From an uncultured Candidatus Bathyarchaeia archaeon (GTDB taxonomy: Archaea > Thermoproteota > Bathyarchaeia > 40CM-2-53-6): DNA of 64,000 nucleotides. The stretch spans positions 12,238-76,237 of the forward strand of contig CAZLHM010000002.1 in assembly GCA_964559555.1 (NCBI GenBank). The letters run 5' to 3'. The position numbers and the translations under genes are program-made. Below are positions 26,531-37,292 of this stretch, piece after piece. Below the pieces are notes generated by a model. The model saw only the letters and a program-made list of their open reading frames with translations, was not told the DNA's origin and searched no databases. Numbering within the stretch: the first letter of the stretch is position 1; the number at the start of each line of letters is the position of its first letter.

Positions 26531-27376
26531 ATGATTTCGATGGCGTTCAGAGTGGCCGTGATCCAACCGGTAAGAGAGAAGGACGAAGATGTCGATAACG
26601 CCTTGGAGTATCTCGATCGAGAGGCTGGAGATGGAGTGCGGCTCATTTGCTTCCCGGAGGGCTATCCCGGCCCATGGCAAGAGGCACTCCTTGGCGTATC
26701 GCCGGCGAAGAAGCTAGGCTACCGTAGCCTGGACGAGTATGCTTCTGTGAGAGCGTTCTCTCGAGAAGCGAAGAACAAGGGTGTACACATCGCTTTCGGC
26801 TTGACGGAGGTGCACGACAACGACTACTTCAACAGCTACTTAGTTGTCGGTCCTTCAGGCGAGCTGGTCCACAAACATAGGAAGACAACGCCTGCCGCGT
26901 TCGAGGTTGCGGCCGACGGAAGACCTGTGAATAGGGGGAATGAGCTCGAAGTGTTCGAGATCGAAGGAGTCAAGGCTGGAATACTGACATGCTGGGAGGC
27001 CCTGTTCCCCGAGCTTCCACGTGTCCTTGCGCTCAAAGGAGCTGAGATCCTCCTCTTTCCAACTGGAGGGAAGATCTACGAGCTCTTAGATACTTGGCGA
27101 ACGGTCATCTGGGCTAGAGCGATAGACAACCTAGCCTATGTTGTCATCAGCGTGAACCTCTACGGTAAGGAGAAGGGCCTCTCTATGATTGCAGGACCAG
27201 AAGATATCTTGGTTGAGAACGAGGGCGAAGGTGTCATTACAGCTGACCTAGACCTCGAGAGGTTACGTTGGATCAGAGAAACGGACGAGGAGCTGACGAT
27301 ACCGAAGAAGTACAAGTGCGTTCCGGGGTTGTTCAAGTACAGAAGGCCGGAACTCTACCGTCCGCTTGCAGAGTAA
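26531..27376 (+). CDS. Carbon-nitrogen hydrolase (nitrilase superfamily)
   Basis: E-K-C triad in CFPEG, HRK and TCWE; ARAIDN; RRPELY. Confidence 0.9.
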   Translation: MISMAFRVAVIQPVREKDEDVDNALEYLDREAGDGVRLICFPEGYPGPWQEALLGVSPAKKLGYRSLDEYASVRAFSREAKNKGVHIAFGLTEVHDNDYFNSYLVVGPSGELVHKHRKTTPAAFEVAADGRPVNRGNELEVFEIEGVKAGILTCWEALFPELPRVLALKGAEILLFPTGGKIYELLDTWRTVIWARAIDNLAYVVISVNLYGKEKGLSMIAGPEDILVENEGEGVITADLDLERLRWIRETDEELTIPKKYKCVPGLFKYRRPELYRPLAE

Positions 27377-29154
27377 CCTTCACCCTTGGGGGCACCACTT
27401 TCGGAATCCCATCCACATTCCTCGTAGAATTCCTTGAGCATAAGTTCGAGCTCGACTCGCTGGCCTTTGCATGGTCCCTCAGGCATAGGTGTCTCGATGA
27501 GTCTTCTAGGCAGATCATCGTCTCTTCTTCTAACGCCCGCTCTATAGTTGAAGATTCTTTCAGTATTGGATATATGCTCGGCCGCTTCTAGAAGTCGTGA
27601 GCTGGTGAAGTCGCTCCCCGTGGCATGCTTGAGGAGATTGGCTACCGCATCGAGATACACAACTCCGCTATAGAATACGCAAAGAATTGCAGAGTCAAAG
27701 ACGAGCTGTTTCTTCCTTAGTTCTTTGACTAGGGATGCCTTGCCTTGTGGAGTGAATCTGTCCATCTTGCCTGAGAAGACCTCAGGGAACATCGTGTATC
27801 CGCCGGCGTGGTGGCATCCTCCTCGTTCGGATGTAGCCATGGCAAGTCCTTCTCCTTTGGCTCCTCTCGGATCATAACCTCCTAGCTCGAGTCCCTTCAC
27901 GTGCATCGCATAATGATCGGAGTTATGTCCGACAGCCTTGGCTAGGTGTCTGACACCTTCTGCCAAGTCGGCTCCAAAACCCTCTCGGCGGGCGATCGCT
28001 TCAATGACTCGCGGGAGCTCCGCGTATTTTCCGAACTTGATCTTGAACTCTCCGAGCCGCCCCTTGAGAACCTGTCTCTCGTGGCATTCCATCATGAAAG
28101 CGATCACGCTACCCGTTGTGATAGTATCCATTCCCATTCGGTCGCATAGGTAGTCAGAGAGCGCTATCGAATGTATGCTCTTGATTCCGCAGTTCGATCC
28201 AAGCGCGTACACCGTTTCATACTCAGGGCCTTCAGTCACCGCAGCTTCGCCTCTGTAATGAATCGAACTCACCTTTCCGCAGGCGACAGCGCAAGCGAAG
28301 CAGGCGGAGTCTCTTGAAACCAGTTTCTGTCTCATGCGTTCTCCTCCTATTTCTTCGGCTCCGTCGAATACGCCTGTCCGGAAGTTGCGTGTGGGGAGCA
28401 TTCCGAGTTCGTTGAGGGCGCGGACTAGTGAAGGCGTCCCGTAGAATCTGTAGTCAATCATCTCAGCATCTTTCTTGACAGCTTCGAACACGGGTTTGAG
28501 ATTCTCGTCAAACTGTTTGATGTCGTGTAAGGTGATGTTGCCGGTTCCTCTGACCGCTATGGCCTTGAGCTTCTTGGACCCGAGCACGGCTCCTGCTCCG
28601 CAACGCCCTGCCGCTCTTCTGCCGAAGATAATGTTCGCGTACTTCACAAGGTTCTCGCCTGCCGGGCCGATGCAGGCGATCTCGAAGTCTCTTCCGAGAT
28701 CATGGTGAATCGCCTCTTGAGCCTCAATTGTATCCGCCGCCCAATACGGTTCGGCATCTGTCACCGTAGCTCTCTTGTCGTCGATGACAAGCATGCTGGG
28801 AGATCTCGAGCGGCCTTGAATTATCACTGCATCATAGCCCGCGTACTTGAGTTCGGCACCAAAATGGCCGCCAGCGAGACTGAATCCATATGCTCCCGTG
28901 AGCGGCGATTTGAAATTGACACTGGCTCTCGACGAGCCCGGAGCCATCGTTCCTGTCAGTGGTCCGGTCGCCAAGATCAGCCTAGCATCAGTAGACAGAG
29001 GATCTATGGAAGGCGAAATCTCCTCCGAAAGGAGCGCAGCTCCTAGCCCCCTGCCACCCAAATACCTGTCGAACATTCTCTCCTCTAGGCGCTCGGTCTC
29101 GGTCCTAGCATTCGACAGGTCAACTCGAAGCACATGTCCATTGAATGAATTCAG
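27355..29154 (-). CDS. Aldehyde:ferredoxin oxidoreductase family (tungstopterin)
   Basis: YLGGRGLG, GPLTG, IGPAGENLV, CFACAVAC, EYET, DRMGMDTI and RGGCH. Start extended from GTG 29133 to CTG 29154. Confidence 0.92.
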   Translation of the reverse strand: MNSFNGHVLRVDLSNARTETERLEERMFDRYLGGRGLGAALLSEEISPSIDPLSTDARLILATGPLTGTMAPGSSRASVNFKSPLTGAYGFSLAGGHFGAELKYAGYDAVIIQGRSRSPSMLVIDDKRATVTDAEPYWAADTIEAQEAIHHDLGRDFEIACIGPAGENLVKYANIIFGRRAAGRCGAGAVLGSKKLKAIAVRGTGNITLHDIKQFDENLKPVFEAVKKDAEMIDYRFYGTPSLVRALNELGMLPTRNFRTGVFDGAEEIGGERMRQKLVSRDSACFACAVACGKVSSIHYRGEAAVTEGPEYETVYALGSNCGIKSIHSIALSDYLCDRMGMDTITTGSVIAFMMECHERQVLKGRLGEFKIKFGKYAELPRVIEAIARREGFGADLAEGVRHLAKAVGHNSDHYAMHVKGLELGGYDPRGAKGEGLAMATSERGGCHHAGGYTMFPEVFSGKMDRFTPQGKASLVKELRKKQLVFDSAILCVFYSGVVYLDAVANLLKHATGSDFTSSRLLEAAEHISNTERIFNYRAGVRRRDDDLPRRLIETPMPEGPCKGQRVELELMLKEFYEECGWDSESGAPKGEGYSASGR

Positions 29155-29267
29155 AAGTGTTCCTCACCAATCGTGCCATCGTGAACAACCAAGATCGATC
29201 TTAAAGGTTATTCATCGCCCACTATCCCGAGTCCAAGCTACTTGCCACGCATTGACAGGAGTGAGTC

Positions 29268-29837
29268 ATGGTGAAGCGATACGTGATAGAACACGGAAAT
29301 GGAATGCTGGTTGATATGAGAAAGGGTGATCGTGCGCTCGTAAAGACAGTGAGTGGGGGACAGGTTTCCGACCTGACTTTCATCGGTTTTGATCAAGCCA
29401 TGACTAGGAACGTGAACGGTTGGAGGCGATTCAATGAGCCGAGACTGGTCACCAAGTTCGACGAGGGGGACGTTCTTGTGGACGGGGACCTGAAGCCCGT
29501 TCTGCGAATCGTGAAGAACAATTCGTCAGCGAGCCATGATCTCCTCTTCCCTGGATGCTGGAGAGAGCTCTACTCGGACGGTCGGCGAGGTTGCAGGGAC
29601 ATACTGTCTGACTTCTTCCATATAGAGCGAAGAAATCTTCCGTCCATGGCCACGATGTTCATGGAAGTCAAGGAACTCAAAATCGTTCCGTCTCCCGCCA
29701 AACTTGGAGATTTCGTCGAGCTCGAAGCCTTGCGTGATGTTGTCGTAGGCCTCACCGCATGTCCTGACGATGCAGAGTGCAACAGCAAGCCAGGAGACAT
29801 AGAGGTCACTGTCAAGAGCAGTGTCGCGAGTCGATGA
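29268..29837 (+). CDS. DUF1989 (urea-carboxylase-associated) family protein
   Basis: GGQVSDL, HDLLFPGC, GCRDIL, GDFVELEA and TACP...CN. Confidence 0.82.
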   Translation: MVKRYVIEHGNGMLVDMRKGDRALVKTVSGGQVSDLTFIGFDQAMTRNVNGWRRFNEPRLVTKFDEGDVLVDGDLKPVLRIVKNNSSASHDLLFPGCWRELYSDGRRGCRDILSDFFHIERRNLPSMATMFMEVKELKIVPSPAKLGDFVELEALRDVVVGLTACPDDAECNSKPGDIEVTVKSSVASR

Positions 29838-31237
29838 AGGACTGGATCATGGTTGATCTGCTGATCAAGAACGCCCTCGTAATGACACTGGACAAGACAC
29901 GTAGACTAGTCAGGAACGGAGCGGTCGCGATCGACCAAGGCAAGATCATTGCAGTTGGCGAGACAGATCGAATCTCAAGGGATCACAAAGGTCGGAAGGA
30001 AATAGATGCGACTGACATGGCGATTCTACCGGGATTCGTAAACCTGCACACACATCTTTCCGAGATGTTCATCCCCGGACTAAGCGATGACTTGGACCTC
30101 TACTCTTGGCTGAGCAAACTCGTCTACCCGGTATTATTGAACAGCCAACCAGACGAGTGCTGTTGGATGGCCCTGCTCGGTTGTGTCGAGATGATCAAGT
30201 CGGGAATTACCTGCTTCGTGGACACGTTTGGTCAGCTTACTGAGAAGGAGGTGCTGGGAAAAGTAGCCGAAGCAACGCTACGCTCAGGTCTACGAGCGCA
30301 TCTATCTAGGGAGATCGAGGAGATAACTGCGGAATCAGCCCAGCTCGCAATTGACGACACGATTCAGACAATGAAGAAACTACGATCAGCATCCATAGAT
30401 AGAGTGAAGGTCAGGCTGGCGCCTGGAATCGCAACCACGACCTCCAGAGACCTACTTGAGAGGGTGAAGGAAATTGCCTCTCGCGAGAAGTTAGGACTCA
30501 ACATGCACCTCGCGGAGACGAGAAGTGAAGTTGTGGAATCGAAGAAGAGGTACGGCGAAACGCCAATTAGATATGCTCACAGGGTCGGCTTGCTCGGACG
30601 TGACATGATAGGTGCCCACTGCGTGTGGGTCGATGACGACGAGATCAGGATGCTCCGCGAAACTGGAACGAACGTGGCCTACAACCCCATTTCAAACATG
30701 AAGCTTGCCGACGGCGTGGCACCGATATGGAAGATGCTGAGCGAGGGGGTGAACGTCGGCTTGGGAACCGACGGACCCGCAAGCAACGACAACCTCGACA
30801 TATTCTGCTGCATGAAGACTGGCGCCTACTTGCAGAAGGTGCACTGCATGAACCCGTCACTCCTGCCGTCACAGAGGATGCTCGAAATTGCGACAATCAA
30901 TGGAGCGAGGGCCTTGCGTGCGGGGAGCGAGCTGGGATCCATAGAGGTCGGGAAGAAAGCGGATCTGATCCTTGTGAACCTCAACTCGCCGAACTTGACA
31001 CCCGTTCACGATCTGCCGAGACAGCTCGTCTGCTCAGGAGATATCGAGAATGTGGATACCGTCATCGTCGACGGGAATCTGATCATGGAACATCGCGCGG
31101 TACTCTCCGTGGACGAAGAGGAGATCATGACGAAGGCCGAGGAGATTTCAGCGAGTTTGATCTCTCGAGCGAAGGTTAGGGAACGGTTGAGGGGAGACCT
31201 TCCAGGTGTGTTGGACCTGGAGAATGTCTCGAAGTGA
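29834..31237 (+). CDS. MtaD-like amidohydrolase/deaminase 1
   Basis: PGFVNLHTH, HLAE, AHCVW, NPISNMKL and GTDGPASND. Start at ATG 29834 (ATGA overlap) or 29849. Confidence 0.9.
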   Translation: MKDWIMVDLLIKNALVMTLDKTRRLVRNGAVAIDQGKIIAVGETDRISRDHKGRKEIDATDMAILPGFVNLHTHLSEMFIPGLSDDLDLYSWLSKLVYPVLLNSQPDECCWMALLGCVEMIKSGITCFVDTFGQLTEKEVLGKVAEATLRSGLRAHLSREIEEITAESAQLAIDDTIQTMKKLRSASIDRVKVRLAPGIATTTSRDLLERVKEIASREKLGLNMHLAETRSEVVESKKRYGETPIRYAHRVGLLGRDMIGAHCVWVDDDEIRMLRETGTNVAYNPISNMKLADGVAPIWKMLSEGVNVGLGTDGPASNDNLDIFCCMKTGAYLQKVHCMNPSLLPSQRMLEIATINGARALRAGSELGSIEVGKKADLILVNLNSPNLTPVHDLPRQLVCSGDIENVDTVIVDGNLIMEHRAVLSVDEEEIMTKAEEISASLISRAKVRERLRGDLPGVLDLENVSK

Positions 31238-32607
31238 TCGGGGGTTCCCCTATGGGGCGCCTGATAGTCGAAGGCGGAACAATAGTCACCGTGGACAGTT
31301 CTCGTAGGATCATCAGTGACGGAGCTATAGTTGTAGATAACGATAGGATCGTAGAGGTTGGAAAACGAAACGAAATTGTGAAGGAACACCATGCGGATCA
31401 AATTGTCGATGCCCGAGGGAAAGCAATCATTCCGGGCTTCGTAAACGTGCACACTCACACCTCCGAGAAGCTTGTCCCCGGTCTCGCAGACGATCTGAAT
31501 CTCTACTCATGGTTGCAGACGATCATCAACCCTATGATGATGAACCTTACGATAGATGATTGCTACTGGACTTCACTTCTGGCTCAGATCGAGATGATAA
31601 AGTCAGGCATCACGTGCTACTCTGATCACTTCGATACAACGATCGAGAGCATATTCGACACGCTCATCGGTTCAGTCGATGCGTCTGGAATACGCGGTGT
31701 GATCTCGAGGGAGATATTTACCAAAGATGCCCTGCCAAGTGAGCTGGCCTTGTCGGTATCTGACGACATCGATGAGAAGATGATAGACGACACTGTCAAA
31801 CACGTCAAGAGACGAAAAGACGAGTCGAGAGCTACCGTACGAGTGGGGTTAGGTGGGATATCCTACGCCTCGGAGTCATTGATGGAAAGAGTTCGATCAC
31901 TCGCCCATGAGTTCGGTGTTGGCGTACACGTTCACGCCGCAGAGAGTCTCGACGAGTTAAGATACTTCAAGCAGAAAAAGGACACGACGCCGATTAGACA
32001 CGCCCACAGGGTCGGCCTGCTGGGACCGGATGTCTTGTTGGCTCATTGCGTATGGGTAGATAGCGAAGAGATCCGGCTGCTCAAAGAGACAAAAAGCAAC
32101 GTTGCTTACAACCCAGTCTCCAACATGAAACTGGCAGATGGGGTAGCCCCAATATGGACGATGGTCCAAGAAGGCGTGAACGTCGGGCTGGGAACCGACG
32201 GACCCGCAAGTAACGACAACCTCGACATGTTCTGCTGCATGAAGGTGGGAGCGTACCTGCAGAAGGTCCATGCGCTGAATCCTTCCTGCCTCCCATCGCA
32301 GAAGACCCTCGAGATGGCCACAATCGACGGAGCAAGAGCGCTGCAGATGGAGGACATAATTGGCTCGATAGAGGTCGGAAAGAAGGCCGACCTCACTGTG
32401 ATAGACCTCAGGACGCCCAACATGACGCCCACTAATGACATCGTCAAGCAGATAGTCTGTTCCTGCACACCTTCCAACGTTGACACCGTCATAGTAGACG
32501 GAGAGGTCATCCTAGAGGATAGGAAATTCACGAGAGTGGATGAAGCCGCAGCCATCAAGGAATGCAGACGCAGAGGCACCAAACTCATCGAGCGCATGTA
32601 TGGCTAA
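31234..32607 (+). CDS. MtaD-like amidohydrolase/deaminase 2 (tandem paralog)
   Basis: PGFVNVHTH, HAAE, AHCVW and GTDGPASND. Confidence 0.9.
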   Translation: MIGGSPMGRLIVEGGTIVTVDSSRRIISDGAIVVDNDRIVEVGKRNEIVKEHHADQIVDARGKAIIPGFVNVHTHTSEKLVPGLADDLNLYSWLQTIINPMMMNLTIDDCYWTSLLAQIEMIKSGITCYSDHFDTTIESIFDTLIGSVDASGIRGVISREIFTKDALPSELALSVSDDIDEKMIDDTVKHVKRRKDESRATVRVGLGGISYASESLMERVRSLAHEFGVGVHVHAAESLDELRYFKQKKDTTPIRHAHRVGLLGPDVLLAHCVWVDSEEIRLLKETKSNVAYNPVSNMKLADGVAPIWTMVQEGVNVGLGTDGPASNDNLDMFCCMKVGAYLQKVHALNPSCLPSQKTLEMATIDGARALQMEDIIGSIEVGKKADLTVIDLRTPNMTPTNDIVKQIVCSCTPSNVDTVIVDGEVILEDRKFTRVDEAAAIKECRRRGTKLIERMYG

Positions 32608-32691
32608 CTCAGGGTGCAGCCTAGTCAAGCTCCACCAAGGACATTCTGTCTTCGTCCGCGTAGTGTCTGAACATCCAGATGAACACAGCAG

Positions 32692-34635
32692 TCATGATGA
32701 CCGTAGCCTTGCAGGCCTCGCCGTTTGAGCCAATCCGAGTGCTCTCGCAACTCGGCATGTGACCATGATTACTCTCCGATTGTACTTCTTAGCGACGCGG
32801 GGCTTCTCAGCGAGCCTATACAGTGAGTGCCGGAACAGGTATCTTCCTGTTCTGTTCCTAGCGGCTACGGTGATGAACGAGTAGTGTCTGAAGAACTCGT
32901 CTCTTGGACTTCTCGACCCGCAGCGTCGTGGGTGTGTTCTTGTATCGAATTCCTTGATCATGCATTGTGCTGAGCTATCTCCCTCGGCCGCTTTCTTCCG
33001 AGTGTAACAGAGGGTGTAGTCCCAGACTCGCTCGAAGGTTTTTCTCTCTTCAGTCCCCGGCCGGAAGCTTGCCAGCGTTTCGAAGAACAATAGTTGGAAG
33101 ATGGTCGACATCTTGAGCTTGAGTTTTCCGTTGCACGCTCTCGATATTGCCTGATAGACCTCCGGTCGCTTGTCGCTTCCTGAGTGGAAATCCAAGATCG
33201 CACCGAAATGCCAGGCCACGACAGCGAGTCTGTGAATCCTAGATTCCAGCTCGCCTAGATCGCCGCTGTGGTCCTCTCGTTTTCTGAAGCCGACATTGGG
33301 AGCCACAAGGTCGGCTCTCATGCCCATTCGAGCAGATTCGCTTAGGTAGAAGAACAACTCCTTCTCGGTGGTGAGGGTCTTGTATGCTTCGTCAAGAGAC
33401 AGCTCGAAGTTGAATGATCGGCCCCTCATCCCGCTCTTCATGTGTTCGTACAGTCTCTTGTTCACGAGTAGGCCATCTCTGTACTTGACTGCCAGACGGG
33501 CAAGCTCCTCATCGCTGAATGTTAGCTCGAAGCCATCCATGCCTGAATGATCGGCAATCACGTGAGGAGTACCGGGGTGATACCACGCTAACAGAGCATC
33601 TCTCTCTTCGGGAGAGAGAATCCTTTCATACTCCGACAGGATGTGTCCTGTTGACCAAGCGACTGAATCATCTACCGGTTCCTTGGACAGAGCCGAGACA
33701 TCAGTCGTCATTCCAACGACGAGCCCTGTGCGGGTTGCTTCCTCGATTACTCTCTGGCAGTACTCTACAGACTTGTCGAGCATTGTACGGTCGATGTCGG
33801 TCGTTGGGATGTTGGGTTCTGCGTGTCCTCGAATTCTGGCGATGACAGATGATGGATCAGTTGAAACGATCAGGTGATCGATCTCCGTACCGTATGTCGA
33901 TCTGCCAAACTTGAAACATTCTTTGACGATTGTCCCATACAGGAGGTCGGCGTACAGTCCGGTGTGACCTAGCCATTCAGGATATCGTCCAGGCAGCGCT
34001 TTTATGACCTCCCGCAGGCTGAATTCCCTTCCACCGGATAGCTGGAAGTCCGCGCGAAAATCAGCCTTCTCGACGGCCTCCAACAGCGGAGGCAACGAGA
34101 ACAGCATCCTTACGCCCAAGCCTAGTCTCGGAGTTGTCTTCAAGTTCTGCGGGAGAATTCCAAGTTGCTCCTGCTCGGCAAGTAGCAGAAGGTTCTCCGA
34201 AGTGAGAGGCGACACGTACGCAATAATTGCGTTATCACCGTCTGGAACAGCTACATGACGCGTTGCTTTCGTAAGGAACTTGGGAGGGTCTCCTTCCGAG
34301 AGCCTTGAATGTTCGAGGCACACGAGCGCCTCGCCTGTCCCGAACGTGGCAGCGAAGTATACTCTGCCTCTGCTCTGCCTAACGGAACGCCAGAACATTG
34401 CGGCGTCTACTCCTGCTCTCTTGATTTTTCGACGAGCCGAGAGAATTAGCCTTGCATCTACAGGTCTTTCGAAGCATCCGACCTGTGATAGCACACGAGC
34501 TATGGTTCTCAATCTGGAATCGAATTCTGTACGGGAAGAGTGGTGATGACGTGTCGCTCTCATCTCAGGGAAGACCTTCCGAAAGGGAATTTTGACAAGC
34601 CAGTGTGTTCGGGCAGTGTCTCCCCGGGCATCCAC
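32692..34635 (-). CDS. uxaE: Tagaturonate/fructuronate epimerase family
   Basis: QLS..RE, IDH, FELSLDE, HSGSDK and LKMS motifs; context of iolO. Start uncertain. Confidence 0.72.
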   Translation of the reverse strand: MDARGDTARTHWLVKIPFRKVFPEMRATRHHHSSRTEFDSRLRTIARVLSQVGCFERPVDARLILSARRKIKRAGVDAAMFWRSVRQSRGRVYFAATFGTGEALVCLEHSRLSEGDPPKFLTKATRHVAVPDGDNAIIAYVSPLTSENLLLLAEQEQLGILPQNLKTTPRLGLGVRMLFSLPPLLEAVEKADFRADFQLSGGREFSLREVIKALPGRYPEWLGHTGLYADLLYGTIVKECFKFGRSTYGTEIDHLIVSTDPSSVIARIRGHAEPNIPTTDIDRTMLDKSVEYCQRVIEEATRTGLVVGMTTDVSALSKEPVDDSVAWSTGHILSEYERILSPEERDALLAWYHPGTPHVIADHSGMDGFELTFSDEELARLAVKYRDGLLVNKRLYEHMKSGMRGRSFNFELSLDEAYKTLTTEKELFFYLSESARMGMRADLVAPNVGFRKREDHSGDLGELESRIHRLAVVAWHFGAILDFHSGSDKRPEVYQAISRACNGKLKLKMSTIFQLLFFETLASFRPGTEERKTFERVWDYTLCYTRKKAAEGDSSAQCMIKEFDTRTHPRRCGSRSPRDEFFRHYSFITVAARNRTGRYLFRHSLYRLAEKPRVAKKYNRRVIMVTCRVARALGLAQTARPARLRSS

Positions 34636-34746
34636 GGCCTAGCGGTTCTAGTCGTGTAGTGTGATCCACGCTGTCGCTTCCCTAGGTTTCATAGAGATCG
34701 TTCCTCGCCACTGATTAATTCTTTTCTCGGATGTGAGAGATGGCGA

Positions 34747-35604
34747 ATGTCTCAAATACTTTTGCAGGTCGCATGGGATGAGAGTGATGTTCTGGTGCTA
34801 CCATGCCTCAACGAGGCGACAGTAAAACAGACTGATGTTGACACTTTCTTGGCAGCGTCTGCTGCCGCGGGCTTCAAAGGGATCGAATTCAGAATCGAGC
34901 CCCTGCGTTCATACTCTGCCCTGAATCATAGCTGGGGCGAAGTCCGACAGCTCCTCAACAAGCATGGTCTTCAGTCGGTCTGCTTGAACTCATTTGAGGA
35001 CTTCGGCAATGTTCCTGAAGACGAGTTTGAAGCGGTCCTGCACAGAGCTCGAGAGTTCTCGATCGTCTGCAAGGAGACGAACACCAAGGTTTTTGTCGCA
35101 TGTCCAAGCGGGACTCCGAAAAGCTTCTCGAAAGCGAAGGCGCTCGAGATTACATCGAATAGGCTTGATAGGATCGCGGCGGTGGCTAGAGAGTATTCCA
35201 TCAACATAGCATTCGAGTTTGTATGCGGTAGATCAGCCAACACACTTGACGATTCGATGACAGTCCTGAAGGCCGCAAAAGCCTCCAACGTAGGGCTACT
35301 GATAGACACCTTTCATCACTATGTTGCCCAATCAACGCTTGTGACGCTTCGAGACTTTCCACTTGAGCGATTGTGGCTGGTTCACTTCAACGACACTGAA
35401 GGAGCACCTATTGATACTCTGACCGATGAGATGAGGCTCCTCCCCGGCAGAGGCGTCATAGACTTGTTTGGTTTCTCTCAATGGCTCAGAGACAGAGGTT
35501 GGGATGGGTGGCTCTCAGTGGAAATGTTCAGGCCAGAGTACTGGAAGATGGATCCATTCGAGTTGGCACGGCAGTCAATGAGATCCCTGAAACCGTATCT
35601 ATGA
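34747..35604 (+). CDS. iolI: Inosose-isomerase-like TIM-barrel protein
   Basis: CLNEAT, AFEFV, IDTFHH, VHFNDTE, PGRGVID and SVEMFRPEYW. True start probably ~34795. Confidence 0.72.
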   Translation: MSQILLQVAWDESDVLVLPCLNEATVKQTDVDTFLAASAAAGFKGIEFRIEPLRSYSALNHSWGEVRQLLNKHGLQSVCLNSFEDFGNVPEDEFEAVLHRAREFSIVCKETNTKVFVACPSGTPKSFSKAKALEITSNRLDRIAAVAREYSINIAFEFVCGRSANTLDDSMTVLKAAKASNVGLLIDTFHHYVAQSTLVTLRDFPLERLWLVHFNDTEGAPIDTLTDEMRLLPGRGVIDLFGFSQWLRDRGWDGWLSVEMFRPEYWKMDPFELARQSMRSLKPYL

Positions 35605-35872
35605 CAGCTTGGACCGCGGACTAGACTGAAGATACCGGTGCACTGCGATCTGCATGTCTTCGGTAGCCGTTCATCGGATCCTCACGAACTATCTAGTCTG
35701 AGGAGCATGTTGTGTTCGATCGGTTGCGTCATTGTTGAATCTTCACTGGTAATGCTATGGTAGACTGTCTGCACATTTCGTGAATCAGACTTCTCGGGCT
35801 AGCACAATCGCTGGCTCGGAGATTGGGCAAGTCTTTTCTACAGTGCTGCGGGGTACTGCGAGAGGATGGTCC

Positions 35873-37054
35873 ATGACCGGGAAACAAACGGCGGCAGTCT
35901 TGCATGCAGATTGGAAACCGAGAAAAGGCTACGTACCTACTGCTGCTGAAGAGGCAAGTCGACGAGCAACGTACGCTAGTCGCGTTTGGCACAATCCTAG
36001 AGTCGTTGTCGAGGACATACCGACACCGGAAATAGGAGCCAAAGATGTTCTTGTGAAGATCAAAGCCTGCGGGATCTGTGGTTCCGACGTTCACATGTTC
36101 GAGAGTGACAGCGAAGGCTACATGGTCTATCCCGGATTGGTCAAGACACCAGTCGTCATTGGGCATGAACTGGCAGGAGTCGTCGAGAAGGTGGGGAGCG
36201 AAGTCGTCAAAGTGAAACCAGGCGACTACATCGCATGCGAAGAGATGTGGTATTGTGGCGAGTGCGATCCATGCAGGACGAGCTATTTCAACCACTGTCT
36301 GAACCTAGAGGAAATGGGTTTCACACACAACGGCGGATTTGAACAGTACATGCGGCTTCACCAGAAATTCTGCTGGAACATTAGCGAGTTCAAGAGCCGG
36401 TTCAGGACAGACGACCAAATCTTTGAAGCAGGGTCTCTCGTTGAGCCTGCATGTGTCTCCTACAACGGGATGTTCGTTCGCTCAGGAGGGTTCAGGCCGG
36501 GGTCCAATGTCGCGGTATGGGGTGCAGGACCCATAGGTCTATCCGCTATTGGTCTCGCCAAGGCTGCTGGTGCCGCTAAGATAATTGCCTTTGAAGACAT
36601 ACCACAACGTCTAGAAATGGCCAAGAAAGTCGGTGCCGATTACGCATTCAGCCCGAAGGATCTCATACGCAAGGGCACACAGCCATGGGAGAAGGTTTTG
36701 GAGCTCACAGGCGGAAAAGGAGTAGAAATGCACATTGAAGCCGCCGGCGACCCTTCATCGATCATTCCACAATCCGAGAGAAGTCTCACGCTTGGCGGGA
36801 AGATTGTGCAAATCGGTCGAGCAGATAAGGCTGCGCCTGTTTTCTTCGAACTCTACCAAGTGAGATCATTACAAGCATTCGGTACCCAAGGACACGCGGG
36901 AGAGGGCGTGTGGCCTAGAGTCATCAACCTGATGGCATCAGGAAGACTCGATACACTTGACATCATTACTGCACGCTTTACAATTCCAGAGATCAACGAT
37001 GCCCTTGAACAGATCAGGAGCAGAACAGACGCGAAGATAACCATAAGACCGTAG
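35873..37054 (+). CDS. iolM: scyllo-inosose 3-dehydrogenase-like Zn-dependent dehydrogenase
   Basis: Distinctive N-terminus LHADWKPRKGY...SRVWHNP, then CGICGSDVH, YPGL, GHE and EEMWYCGEC; start ATG 35873. Confidence 0.82.
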   Translation: MTGKQTAAVLHADWKPRKGYVPTAAEEASRRATYASRVWHNPRVVVEDIPTPEIGAKDVLVKIKACGICGSDVHMFESDSEGYMVYPGLVKTPVVIGHELAGVVEKVGSEVVKVKPGDYIACEEMWYCGECDPCRTSYFNHCLNLEEMGFTHNGGFEQYMRLHQKFCWNISEFKSRFRTDDQIFEAGSLVEPACVSYNGMFVRSGGFRPGSNVAVWGAGPIGLSAIGLAKAAGAAKIIAFEDIPQRLEMAKKVGADYAFSPKDLIRKGTQPWEKVLELTGGKGVEMHIEAAGDPSSIIPQSERSLTLGGKIVQIGRADKAAPVFFELYQVRSLQAFGTQGHAGEGVWPRVINLMASGRLDTLDIITARFTIPEINDALEQIRSRTDAKITIRP

Positions 37055-37292
37055 ACTAGTTGCCCCCCAGAGATCGCTAGTCCGCACTGTTCGAGAATAG
37101 TCGAGCACGAGCCTTTTCAGCGGGGCATCCTTCCCAGGAGTCTTCAGCGAGGAATTCGTTCCTGTCACGACGCATTGGACACTCGATCTCTACAATCGTC
37201 CATGCATGGTCACACCGTGAGCATGATCCGAGAGATTCGATTCATCTGGCAATTCTTATTACAGGAGTACCCCAGACTACGCCGCGATTATC

